Below are positions 1 to 13,000 of a stretch of 64,000 nucleotides of DNA, in pieces. A model generated the notes under the pieces. The model was not told the origin of the DNA. It was given only the letters and a program-made list of their open reading frames with translations, and ran no database searches. Numbering within the stretch: the stretch's first letter is position 1; each line of letters starts with the position of its first letter. Location: positions 196-64,195 of the forward strand of contig CAZMZM010000006.1 of NCBI GenBank assembly GCA_964570865.1. The letters are read 5' to 3'. The position numbers and the translations under genes were made by a program. This stretch comes from an uncultured Melioribacter sp. GTDB lineage: Bacteria; Bacteroidota; Ignavibacteria; Ignavibacteriales; Melioribacteraceae.

Positions 1-184
1 TATTTCTTTAAGTGCTTATTGTACAGCAGAAGTACCACGTAATGGTTATGGTCAAGATGTAAAGACAGCCTCATCTTCTGTTAATGTTTCTGCATCCTGT
101 AGTGCTATTGTTCCATAATTTTAATAGATACACAATGAGTACTGTATATTCATTTATAAAAAAGGTACTGTAAAAGTAGAACAA

Positions 185-1051
185 TTATTTTCCGTTAATA
201 ATCACGCTTCCGTCTTTCGGCGGATTTCCGCTGAATATTCTTCCGTCCTCTGTGTGGAACTCGACAATTGTATATTGCAGTTTTGAAACGCCTGCGGCTT
301 TAGCTTTAAATTGCATTGTAAGCATACTGCCGGAACCGCTTATACTTCGGCGAGGTAATGTGTAAAGTGTTGCAAGCACGGCGCTGTTAATATCGATCTT
401 TCCGGTAGCATTAATGCCTGCTAAAATCGTAGAATCGGAGAAATTAGGAACGGTAATTAGCTCAAATCCGCTTCTGCTTACAAAATCTCCTTTTGTGATT
501 CCTTCAAGTGCAAGATATGTAGTATCGAAAGCAATTACTGTGTGAAGCGCAACCAAACTGTCCACACCTTCGAGCCAAACACTTATCGAATCGGATTGCC
601 CGACACTCATTATTGTTTCGGTTTTAAAGAACATCAGCGCCGGACCGCGAAAAGCATCAACCGAAAAAACTCTCGAAACCGTTAACTCTTGATCTGTGTG
701 CTGTTTTAATCTGCCGCTTACCTCAAACTTATATTTACCTTCGTCAAGATTCTCAAATGTAGTTTCGATGAGAGTTCCCCACTCCGACCAATCTTTATAA
801 ATTGTCGGAAAATTATCTTCATCCAAAGCCAGCATTCTGAATCTGTATTCAAAACCGTTATCGCTTCCTGACCAACCGAATGTAACATAGTTAACTGCCA
901 AAACCTTATCCGGTGAAGGTCCTTCGGTAATCTGAAGGAACGGAGGCGGGTTATCAACAACAGCAGGTCCGTTGCAACTTTCCGTAAAAACCAGCATTAG
1001 CGCAGCGATAACCAAATATATAAAGCCATATTTATTTTTGATAAACTTCAT
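185..1051 (-). CDS. Secreted, possibly lipidated protein with an FN3-like N-terminal half and a cohesin-like C-terminal half
   Basis: 288-aa ORF with an ATG start 10 nt after the giant gene's stop. Signal peptide ends ...LVFTESC (Cys26). The segment 'VTFGWSGSDNGFEYRF...KYKFEVSGRL' is FN3-like. The segment 'LVALHTVIAFDTTYLALEGITKGDF' resembles cohesin strands. Family call is by eye only. Confidence 0.6.
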   Translation of the reverse strand: MKFIKNKYGFIYLVIAALMLVFTESCNGPAVVDNPPPFLQITEGPSPDKVLAVNYVTFGWSGSDNGFEYRFRMLALDEDNFPTIYKDWSEWGTLIETTFENLDEGKYKFEVSGRLKQHTDQELTVSRVFSVDAFRGPALMFFKTETIMSVGQSDSISVWLEGVDSLVALHTVIAFDTTYLALEGITKGDFVSRSGFELITVPNFSDSTILAGINATGKIDINSAVLATLYTLPRRSISGSGSMLTMQFKAKAAGVSKLQYTIVEFHTEDGRIFSGNPPKDGSVIINGK

Positions 1052-1061
1052 TGTTGAAAAC

Positions 1062-4000
1062 CTATTTTAAGATAACCATTTTTTTAGTCGATATATATTT
1101 ACCGGCAACTATCCGATAGAAATAAACTCCGCTTGCAAGTGTTGAATTCTGGTTATAAGAGCTGAACTTGGTTTTGTAAGCTCCGGCATCCAGCACTTTA
1201 TTTACAAGCGTGGCAACTTCTTGTCCGAGTATATTATAAACTTTAAGTAAAACTTTTACTTTCGCAGGCACATCAAACTCAATTGTAGTAACCGGATTAA
1301 ACGGGTTGGGATAATTTTGATATAGTGCAAACTTGTTCGGAACTTCCTGCAAAGTATAAACTTTTGCTCCGTTTACCGCAGCATTAAATTTCTTATCATA
1401 TCCGAGATACTTAATCAAAATAGAATCTTTCGGATTATTCCTATTTAAATCCGCTGTGATGTTCGAAACAATGGAATACTTACTTCCTATTCTTCCGCTT
1501 AAGCTGGCAAAGTCAACGCGGATAATTCCTTTAACGCTATCTTCGTAAGCAAGCACAATATTATCCATACTTTCCGTTTCGGGATTAAATTTAAGCGAAT
1601 CGAACTTAAATACTTCAGGATTGAAAGCAATTTCAGCCGAAAGCGCAGTTAAATTTTCCGAACCGAGATCAAAATCGAATGTAAACTTGTTTTCACCTTT
1701 TTTGAACTTAATCAACTCTCTCGAATCCGCGTCTGCAAAATTAATTGCCGTCTTCTTCGGCAAGCCACGGTTTTGAGCGTAATAATTCCACATATCACGG
1801 AAGACAAGCAAATCGTTAATATTCAAATTATCATCCGGAGTAACCGTAACGATTGGAGTTGAACCTGAATACGGGTACATATCAGCGCCGGAAGATGAGT
1901 CGGGTGTATCCCACGAATAGACGTAGGCGGCTAAATCAGCACCGTTTATCAGTCCGTCGTTGTTAAAATCAGCCAAAGGCATACTTTTATTCGTCTTCAA
2001 GTATTCAGTGTAATTACCGAATGAATCTGAGACCTTAAGTTTGTAGTGATAATTAGTTGAAGTCTGAATGTTCTGCAAAACTGCCTGTGTGCCATACGAT
2101 TCCGCACTTGGCAAAGTATCGAAAATATTTGAATCGGAAACCCACAGTTCGTACTTAATCGGTTTACTCGTATCGCTTGCCGTGCTCCAATTGGCAATAG
2201 CTTTACTCCAACCATATTCAAACGGATTTTGACTGACAACAATTGATGAAGGATCAAACTGAGGTGCTTTATTATCTAAAACAATAGTATCGGCGCTTAC
2301 CTTGTAATCCACACGATAAGTGGAATGGAAGTTAGCATTAAATACGACAGGTCCCTCAAAATTATCAAGCTGTCCTTTTGAATTCCATTTAATAGTATCT
2401 ACAAGCGGACCAACAAGATTTTGATATGAGCCTTGCAGATAAGAAAATCCGTCGTTCTCGCTGCCGCCGATTGTTTTAAAAGTAAAACTGGTTAAATCAA
2501 CGGTTTCATTTGCGTTCGGCAAACTATAGAGGAGTTTAACAATTCCGGATTGTGAATTGCCAATAGGTGTAAGTGTGGGATATACTCCAATCAAGAAAGT
2601 AGTATCGCTCTTATCCGAAACATCTACCGTGTAAATATCGGTGATTTTTATTCTAGCATCAGCTGTTGGAGTGTTTGGAACATTCCAATTATACGAACCG
2701 GAATTTGCATCGGTAATTGCAACAAGAACAGGGAAACTAGTCCCGCCGTCTGTTGAGAGAAGAATTCTTACGCTGTCTAAATAGCTGCTTGTCCAAGTGA
2801 TATTATATGTTGAATTGGCATTCACAGCTTCATAATTATTAGGATTGGTAACCCTAATTGAAACAATTGAGAAATTTGTATCGCTAATATCAAAGACATT
2901 CGGATAGTCGAAATCCTGCAATTTTATTCTAGCCTGATCGGTTGGTACATTAGGGACAGTCCAAATAAACTTTCCGCTGTCGCCGGGTGCAGCTCCTGCA
3001 AAGTTCCAAGTGTTTCCGTCGTTTACAGAATAAGAGATTCCAATATTATTAATATATTGGCTTTCCCACTTTATTTCGTATTGCTTTCCAACTTGAAGTT
3101 TCTCTAAATCACCTCCATTTGGAGTAGTCAGCTGAATATGCGAAATAACAAACGACGAATCGCTGATATCAAAAATCGAATGATTATTTGCATCTTCAAC
3201 TTTCATCCGTGCGGAGGGGGTAGCCTGTGTACTTATTAACCAATAATAAGTTCCGGATGAAGCGTCAATATTATTTGCAATAGGAGTCCAAACATCTGAA
3301 CCACTTTGTAATTCTACGTAAAGATTAACATTTTGAATTGTTGAATTACTTGAAGCCCATTCAATCGTGTATGATGTACCAATCTGTTCCCCTTCACCTC
3401 CGTTCGGTTTTTTCATCTTGATATAGCTTACCGTAAAATTGGAGTTGGATGTGTCCGCTATATTCGGATAATCCGTATCAACTATTCTTAACAGATAATT
3501 CGGAGATGCTAAGTTAATATCGTCGGGAATTGACCACGTATATTTAGCGCTATCAGCAACAACAGGAGCAGTATTAATATTAGTCCAATTCAAAGAATCG
3601 GTTGAATATTGCAAATTAATAAAATTAATAAATGAACTACTCCACGTTATTTCTTGGTCTTTTCCTGTTTGATAAACTCCCCCGCCATTCATATTTACAA
3701 TTTTTAAGTTACTGATGAAAAACGGAGCATTGGAAACATCAAAAAGCAACGGGTTATTTACATCATTAATTTTAACAAAACACGAATCGGAAACGTCATC
3801 AGGAATTGTCCAATCGTAATATGTTGAATCGGCAGGATAATTTAGCGCAATGCTTTTCCAAACGCCATCTTTTGTTTTGTAATAAAGGCTGACCTTTGCA
3901 ATATTATCAGTTCTTGTCCAAGATAATTTTTTAACCGAGCCAACCAATACCTTCTCCGGAGAATTGAAAACTGTCAACTCCAAACCGCCGATCGAGAAAA

Positions 4001-7000
4001 AGTTGTCGCTGGTATCGGTCAAAGTTACATTTGTTGCATCCGTAATTTTTACCAGCGCAGAATCGGTCGATATTCCCGAACCGATGTTCCAACTAAATGA
4101 ACTATCTGCTGAACTCGCCGAAGATGCCAACCTACCCCAATGCGTTCCTCCATCCAAAGAATAATCAATATTTATATATGGAATAGTTGCAGCAGTTACA
4201 TTCCACGTAATTGTATATGGAGCACCGGCTTGAATAAATTCATTTCCGTTTGGAGTAAGTAGTTGAATTTTGCTGATTTTAATCGAACCACTCTCATCAC
4301 TGATTAAATCATTTGATTCGGCATCTCTAACCACAATTTTTGCATGAGAAGATTCGATGGAAGGAAGCGTCCAAACATAAGTTGAGTCCAAAGCGTTAAT
4401 GTTGGCATCTATCAAAACAAGATTTGAATCGGCTGTATTCCCATTTAAAGTATAAAGTAAATTTACTTTATGAACCGAAGATGAGGCATCCCAAGCTATT
4501 GTATCTTTTCTTGTGGCAATCCAATGTGCTCCGACAGAAGGCGAAGTTACTTTGACCCAACCAACGCTAAACGGAGATACGCTAGTAACAACCTGAGTAC
4601 TATCAACAGTATTTCTCAATCTGATTAAAGCTTGCTCCGTTGAAATCTGCGGCGGTACATTCCAACCCCAAAGGGAATCATCTCCGATAGCTGCAGAAGT
4701 TAAAGTATCCCAACTTGCTCCGTTATTATAAGAAACTTCAATCTGAAGGTTTGTGATAAAAGCACTTGCCCATTTAATATTGTACTGAGAGCCTGCCTCT
4801 AATTTTTCACCTCCGTTTGGCGCAATTAATGATAACTGTGAAGTGAAAATAGTAAAATTATCAGTTGTATCTGCAACTGTGTTTATATTAGGGTTATAAC
4901 CTCTGATTAAACAACTGTTTGTGTTAACATCTGCAGGTAAGTGCCAAGTAAGTGAATCCCGATTAGCGGCGATATTGTTTTTTACTGTTCTCCAAGTCTG
5001 CCCGGCATTTAGTGAATACTCTACATTAATGTTTCCTAAAAAGTCTCCCGAGTTCCACTCAATCAAGTGAGTTGAACCGGAGTTCCAATTAGTAGAACTA
5101 TTTGGGGATGTGAATTCCAAAACAGATGTTGTAAAGAAATTATCCGATGAATCAATAATTGAATAATTTGAGCGTACATCACTAATTCGGATAAACATTG
5201 AATCACTAACTAAACCAGAAGGGAGTGTCAACTGAGATGCGCCGGTTTTAGCGGAATCAATTTCCGAAAGCAAAATCAGATTTGTTTTAGCATTAATTAC
5301 TTCAACCAAAACCCGTTTGATTGAATTCCCGTTTGACCACGTAACAGGGAAACTTTTACCTGAAAGAAATACTTCCCCGCCATTCGGAGATAGAATTTTA
5401 ACCCATCCCGTAGTAAAAATCTTAGATACGGAATAGACTGTCGGATGTTGAACCGATTCAATCTTAATTTGAGTACTGTCCGAGCTTAAATTATTTGGAA
5501 CATTCCACGAAAATGTTCCGGTTGATGCTATTAAGTTTGAGGCTCCTTGAATTGTATTCCAAATTGTACCGTTATCCAACGAATAATAAAGCTTTACATT
5601 CGAGATATATGAACTCGCATTCCAAGTTATCGGCAAGGTTGTTCCGGCAGGTATATATTCACCGCCAACAGGATTAATCAGTTTTAATCGTGCAACAGTA
5701 AAGACATTTTTACTTGAGTCCGAAACTTCCGGGTTTTCCAGATCAGTAAGTTTAATTAAGCATTGGTCTGATTCCAAAGTATCCGGGACAGCCCAAAGTA
5801 ATGAATCATCGGAAGCGAGTGTGGCATTGCTGATAATGCTCCAAGTTGCTGCATTATCAATGCTAAGTTCAACCTTAAAATAATTGACAAGGGAGCTTGT
5901 CCAGCGAATAACGGTAGTATCTCCGGCTTGGAAAAATTCACCGCCGACAGGATATGTAAGAGTTGCAACCGATTGGAAAATTGAGAAGTATCCCGATTCG
6001 GATTTAATGTTTTGATTTATTTTATCGTAAACCCTTACTTTAACCGAATCGCTGATTGTATTTGGAATTAACCAATTGTAAGCCAACGATGAAGCTGCAG
6101 CATCGGAAATGTCAATCCAGCTAGCCCCTTTGTTCAGAGAATATTGTAAACTTACCGAATCAACTCCGCAATATTGCCATTTAATTTGGTGTGTAGTACC
6201 GACACGCCAATTTTGTCCGGCTGCAGGTTCTACGAGAGAGAGTTGCTTAACGGTTATCGGCTTAGTAGTCGTATCTGCAATAGTTTGGTAAGCAAAATTA
6301 AAAGCGCGGATATAAATAGAATCTCCGCAAACGGAGTTATCCAAAATCCAGTAATAAGTCGAGTCGGACGCAGCAACCGGCGAAGTGTTAATCGTAAACC
6401 AATTTGTTCTGTCGGTAGTATATTCCATTTGAACCGAAGTAATGTCCGAACTGTTTATCCATGAAATTGCAACTGAATCCCCGGTTTGATATTCTCCGCC
6501 ATTAATAGGAGAAGTTAAATTGAACATACTTATTGAAAATGGATTTGAGATTTTCTTTATTGCCAAATTACTGTTCGCATCACTTATTCTGATATATCCT
6601 GAATCTGTTGGGATATTATTAACTAACCAATTATAACTGTTTGTTGTCGCCGGAACTGTTCCGAGTGTATTCCAACCGGTGCCGTCAGCGGAAAAATCGA
6701 TACGAATGTTCGTCATGTTGGAACTTGCACTCCAACTAATATTTTGCGGCTGATTAGCCTGCAGATGCTCACCTCCGATTGGAGAAAGAAGATTTATCCA
6801 TCTGACAAAAATATCCTGCGAACTGCTGTCGGCAATAAATGTATTTGTAGCATCTTCAATTTTAATTCTCAATGAATCAGTAGCAAAATTTGCAGGTACA
6901 GAATAAGTGTAACTTTTGTTTGACGCAGGATAATTAGCTTGAATCCGACTCCAGGAACTCCCGGAATTTGTTGAATAATAAATATTAACCAAAGAAATAT

Positions 7001-10000
7001 TAGATGTCAGATTCCAAGTAATATTATGATCTTTGCCCGATTGCCAATACTCACCGCCGATTGGAGACAAGAGAACTAACTGTGCGTTTGAAATTTTAAA
7101 GAAATTAGATGTGTCGTTTACGTTTGCAAAATCAATATCCGAAATTTTAACCAATACGGAATCCGTATTAATTGAGTTTGGAATTGTCCATGAATATTTT
7201 TCGGTGGAAGCGGCAACCGAATCAGCCATCGGCACCCAAGTTGTTCCTTTATCAATAGAATAGTTAATTGATATTTTCCTTATGTCCGTTGAAGCTGTCC
7301 AAGTTATTTCTTGCGTGGAACCGGCAATCCATACGGTAGAACCGGTCGGGACTGTTATTGCCAAGTTTGAAATTGTATTGGCAAAAGAAGTTTCATCGTA
7401 TATTGACGAAGGAGCAGAATAATCTTCTATTCTCAGATAAATTTGCTGTGAACTGACATCGGGAATTCTCCATAAATAAGAACCTTGCGAAGCATCAATA
7501 TTCATAGCTATTCCAGTCCATGTTCCCGTACCAATCTTATAAAATAGATTTACCTTATTTACGTTGGACGAGTTAATCCAAGTAAGAGTTTCCGTATCAC
7601 CGGCTTGCCATTTAGTAGTTGTAAGCGGCGAAGTAAAGTTTACGGATGCAATTCTAAGATATGCGTCGCTTTCGTCTGAAATGGAATTATCTACGGTTGA
7701 AACAACCCTGACTTTTACGCTATCGGAAGGTACGTTTGGAATAGTCCAATTATAACTGCCGTTTGAAGCCGTAACCGAAGCAACAATAGGCTGCCACCCT
7801 GCGGAAGGAGTGTAATAATCGAGTTTAACATTTGCAATATTATTACCACTGTTCCAAGTAATTGATTGAGTTGCCCCTACCAATAAATCCTCTCCGCCGT
7901 TAGGTGAAATTATGTTTAACATATTTATTGTAAAAACGGCGTCACTTCGGTCAACAATTGCGCCGGATGATAAGGCATTTGAAACCCTGATCAATGCGGT
8001 TGCGGATGAAATAGTTGACGGAATATTCCAAGTATAAGATGATGCGGAATCGGTGAAAGAAACTACACTGTTCCAAGTAACTCCGTTATCGGTTGAATAG
8101 TCGATATTAAAAAGAGAATCTGCCGGAGTTGAGTTCCACGAGATTGTAACGGGTTGTCCGGCTTGTAAAATCTCTCCGCCGTTCGGATAATTAACAATAA
8201 TTCGTCCGATAGTAAAATTGTTATCGTTAGCAGCATTTATCTCAGGATTGGAAGCATCGCTGATTCTGATTAAACCTTGTGAAGTCGAATATGTGCCCGG
8301 AATGTTCCATCCATAACTCCCATTCGTTGCTGTCTCGGAATTGGATAAAGTTTCCCAACTTGCACCGTTATCGGGAGAATATTCAATTTTAACATTTGTT
8401 ATTTGCGATGCCGTCCAAGTAATATTGTAGAGATTTCCGTTCGTCCAGAATTCCGAACCGGCAGGAGAAACCAACTGCAAATCGGAAATTGTAAAAACAC
8501 CCCCGGCAGAAACAAGAGAACTGTTATCGTCAAGAATCCTAACTTTAGCTTGTGATGAAGCCGTACCGGAAGGAATCAACCAAGAATAAGTTCCCAACGA
8601 AGCGGTAATATTAGCAGCGAATGAGTTCCACGTAGTTCCGTTATCTAACGAATACTCCAGCGAAACCGTTGATATATTTGAACTTGCCGTCCAAGTAACA
8701 TTGTATGATTTACCTATTTGCCACTGCTCGCCTCCGACAGGAGAAGTAATCTGAAACGAGTGAATCGAGAAATTATTGTTGCTGACATCATAATGTGTCG
8801 AATCCGAAGAATCGATTATTTTCATTAATGCTTGATTTGTGCTCACACTACTCGGGACCGTCCAAAGTAATGAATCAGCTGTCGCATTAAAATTGCTTAC
8901 AATATTCTCCCAATTTGTTCCGTTGTCGGAAGAAAAGTAAATATTGATTTGTGAAATATTTGATGAGGTCCATTTAATATAATGTTGTGAACCCGATTGA
9001 TAGACTTCTCCTCCGTTCGGCGAAACAATATTAAGATCTACAATAGTGAAAATATTACTTGTATAGTTAACCGAAGGATCGTCCAAGGAAGTAATCCGTA
9101 CAAGCGAATTATTAGAAGCAATACCAGTAGGAATCAGCCAATTATAATTTTGTGAATTCGCATTTACGGAATTTACTATATTATTCCATGTTGTCCCGTT
9201 ATCGGTTGAATATTCGAGTTGTACACTATTTACATTGATGCTGCTCCAAGTAATAGCATGCAAAGTGTTTGTTTGCCAAACCTCCCTGCCTACCGGTGAA
9301 GTTAGGACCAATCTTCCAATTGTAAAATTAGCATCACTTGAGTCCCTGATTGTGGAATTATCCAGATCAATAATTCTTACCAAAGCCGCAACAGTAGAAA
9401 TTGTATCGGGAACATTCCAAGAATATGAGCCGTTTGAAGCTGAAATAGGAGTTGAGATGTTAATCCAATTTGTTCCGTTATCAGTACTCAAATCAATCCG
9501 GATGTTATTTACCAATCCGCTATTCCAAGTGATAGTTTCGTTATTACCAACTTGCCAGTTCTCGTTTCCATTCGGAGAAGTAACCGTTAAATATTTAATT
9601 GTAAAAAGTGGAGTATCAAATAAAATAGTCGGGTCAGATGAAGATGAAATACGGACTATTGTTTGAGCCGAAGAAATATTTTGAGGCAAAGTCCAATTAT
9701 ACTTTCCTATTGAAGCGGCAATACCGGAAATAATATTCTTCCAAGTTGAACCGTTATCCGTACTATATTGAATATCAATCGATTGTAGATTTTCACTGTT
9801 CCAATCAATTTCGTGCACTGTGCCTGATTGCCATTCTGTTGAGGAAGTAATATTAGTTACCGACAAATCACTAATCTTAAAAGGTGAAGTCAATGAATCG
9901 GTGATACCGCTGTTTTGGTCACTACTAAGTAATACCAAAACACTGTCCGAAGTTAAGTTTGGAACACTCCATAAGTAACTTCCGTCAGACATATTAACAC

Positions 10001-13000
10001 CCGAAACAATTGTATTCCAAGTTTGACCTAAATTTGTCGAATAGAAAATTGAAATTGTATTAATCAAAGAACTCCCCGACCATGTAATGTTATGAGCAGA
10101 ACGTGCCTGCCAATTGGTTGCATTAGTAGGTGAAGTTAAACTTAGATTGACCAATGTGAATGCTTGGGAAATATCATAAATCGCATCTGTTGAAGAAAAA
10201 TTAGAGTTAACGTGAGATACTCTAATCCGTGCAGTTGAAGTTGACATATTATTCGGGATCGTCCAGAATACGGAAGAATCGGAAGCAGTTACATTTGTGC
10301 TAATTGTATTCCATGAAGTCCCGTTATTCGTTGAATATTCAACATTAACTTGAGAAATACTTGAGGAAGCCGCCCAATTAATTTTGTAGGTTTTACCTGA
10401 CTGCCAAACCGTTGATGAGATAGGCATTTCAATTGAAACAGCACCAATTGTAAAGTTCTCCGAACTATCAATAGCGGCATTATTATCAACATCAAAAATT
10501 CTTATTTTTGCTTTATCAGTAGATAAAGAATCCGGGATAGTCCAATTATAACTTCCGGTTGAAGCCGGAGTTGAGGCCGTTACCGCATTCCATGTAGTTC
10601 CTTCGTCAGTTGAATAATCGATTCCAAGGTTTACAATATTGGAACTATTCCATGTAATTGTGTATGAATCTCCAGCAATCCAAAGAGATGAAGATGTCGG
10701 ATAAGTTAGGCTTAAATTATTAATTGTAAATGTTTGTGATGTTTCTGTAATTTCCGATCCGGTTCTAACATCAGTTAACCTAATCTTTGCGTTTGCAGTT
10801 GAATTATTAGGAACGTTATAGTAATAAACACCGGAGCCTGCACCATATGAGGGTGAAATCTGAGACCAGGTTGTACCTCCGTTAAATGAAATTTCTATTT
10901 TCAGAGATTGAACTCCGGCTGAACTCCATTTGATTGGCTGAACCGAACCTGTTTGCCATACAGTAGATGAAATAGGTTCCGTGATTGAAATATCACCTAC
11001 TACAAATAAATTATCGCTTGAATCTTTTATTCCGGGATGAGACGAATCTGTAAATTTCACAAGCATTGAGTCGGAAAATAAAGAAGACGGGATACTCCAA
11101 CTATAACTTCCTCCTGAGGCAGAAATGCCTGTTGTAATTGATGTCCAACTCTGTCCGGAATTTGTAGAATAATCGATATCCAACTTTGAAATACCGCCGG
11201 AATTCCAAGTAATGGATTTCACAGTTCCGGAATTCCAAGCCTCGCTTCCGTTAGGAGATGAGACTGTAAGATAAAATACATTAGCCGTTGCATCGCTAAT
11301 ATCGTGAACCGTGTTAAAATCGTTGTCAATAATTCTAATCAAAAAAGTAGTTGTTGATAATGAGTTGGGTATTGTCCAATTATATTGTCCCAAAGATGCC
11401 TGAACATTGTTGGTAATTGTTTGCCAAGTAACTCCGTTATCATCAGAATACTGAATTGTGGCATTATCAACATTATACGATTGCCATAATATCGGCAGTA
11501 CATCCCCGGCTTGTAGAAACTCACCACCGTTCGGATAAGTGATTGTAATATTAGCAATAGAAAAAGTACCGTCACTTTCATCATTAATAGTTGAATCAGT
11601 ACTATTTTCAATACGAACCATCGCTCTGCTTGTTACGCTGTCGGGAACTGTCCAATCAAATCTTTCTGCTGTTGCATCTACATTTTGTTGAATTAAATTC
11701 CAAGTTGTTCCGCTATTAATTGAATAGTACAATTTTACATTGGCAATTGTTGCAATATTTTGCCAAGTAATTGTCTTTACGGAATCAACCTGCCATTTCT
11801 CTCCACCGTTTGGCGAAGTAAGCAAAATTGAACCGATTGAAAAATAATTATTGCTGGCATCCAACACAGAGGAATTAGTTTCATCCACTATACGTACTAA
11901 TGCTCTATTAGTTGGTGCATTGGGAATTGTCCATGTATATTGCTTATCCGAAGCGGTAATATTAGACGCAATCGGGTTCCAAGAAGTACCTGAATTAGTT
12001 GAATATTCGAGACGAACTGTAGCAAGAGAACTATATGCGAGCCATCTTATTATTGCGTTATCATTAACAATATAGTTTTCTCCTCCGTTAGGAGAAACCA
12101 TATAGAGTAAATTTATTGTAAATACTGAAGCTGAGGTGTCGGCAATCTCAATTGACGGGTTGTCGGCATCACTTAATCGAAGCAATGTATTGGTTGAGGG
12201 AGTATTCGGTATTGTCCAATCATATGATTGAGGTAACGCCGGAGTTGAAGCTACAACTGTTTGCCATATTGCGCCGTTATCCGTGGAATATTCAATCTTC
12301 AAATTAGCAATTTGTCTGCTGGTCCAAGTTACTGTCGCAACACTGTCAACCAGAAAATAATTGCTTCCGTTTGGACTTCCAAGTTGAAGTAACTCAATCT
12401 TAAAATCATTATCAGAATCATCGTAAATATCCGTAAACGAATGATAAAGTACCCTGACAAAAGCATTTGCTGCATGAATTTGCCCAACCATCCATGAATA
12501 ACTTCCGGTAGCTGCAGTATTATTTACTATCGGGGACCAACTTGTTCCGTTGTCAGTTGAAAGTTCAATATCAACGGAATTAATATTAGAAGAATAATCG
12601 TAAGTGATATTATATGTTTTTCCTGCTTGTAATATCGTCCTTCCGTTAGGATATGTTACAGAAATATTTCCTATAGCAAAGTAAGAACCTGAAAGATCAA
12701 AATTACTCGAATTACTTAAATCGGAAATTCTGATTAATCCGGAATTAGTATAAGATGTAGGAATTGTCCAAGAATAAGTACCCAACGTTGCATCAACTCC
12801 GGAAGCAATTGTTGTCCAGCTTCCTCCACCATCAGTTGAAAACTCAATCAAAAGTTGAGTAACTCTATCTGAGTTCCAAGTAATATTTGTAGTCTGATTG
12901 GGTGAAAATCCTTCTCCACCGTTAGGTGATGTTATTTGTAAAATTCCTATTGAAAAATCATTATCCGAAGCATCAAGAATGTTTGCTGTAGTTGCGTCAC

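Noticed and set aside
2-118. Open plus-strand frame running in from the window edge to a TAA at 116-118 (…CTAEVPRNGYGQDVKTASSSVNVSASCSAIVP*)
   Set aside because: Only 38 codons are visible, with no recognisable motif. It could be the 3' end of a convergent gene, but that cannot be supported from this fragment.
718-960. 80-aa minus-strand ORF nested in an alternative frame of the 288-aa gene
   Set aside because: It is fully contained within a longer ORF that has a signal peptide and domain-like patterns. Its translation looks random.
9235-9666. 143-aa plus-strand ORF, and many similar 60-100-aa ORFs (3964-4164, 5495-5677, 6174-6464, 7033-7263, 11851-12075, 13503-13793 etc.), inside the giant gene
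   Set aside because: All are antisense or out-of-frame within an uninterrupted 13.9-kb ORF that has a coherent domain pattern. Their translations are low-complexity with no motifs. They are expected by-products of a long AT-rich repeat-coding region.
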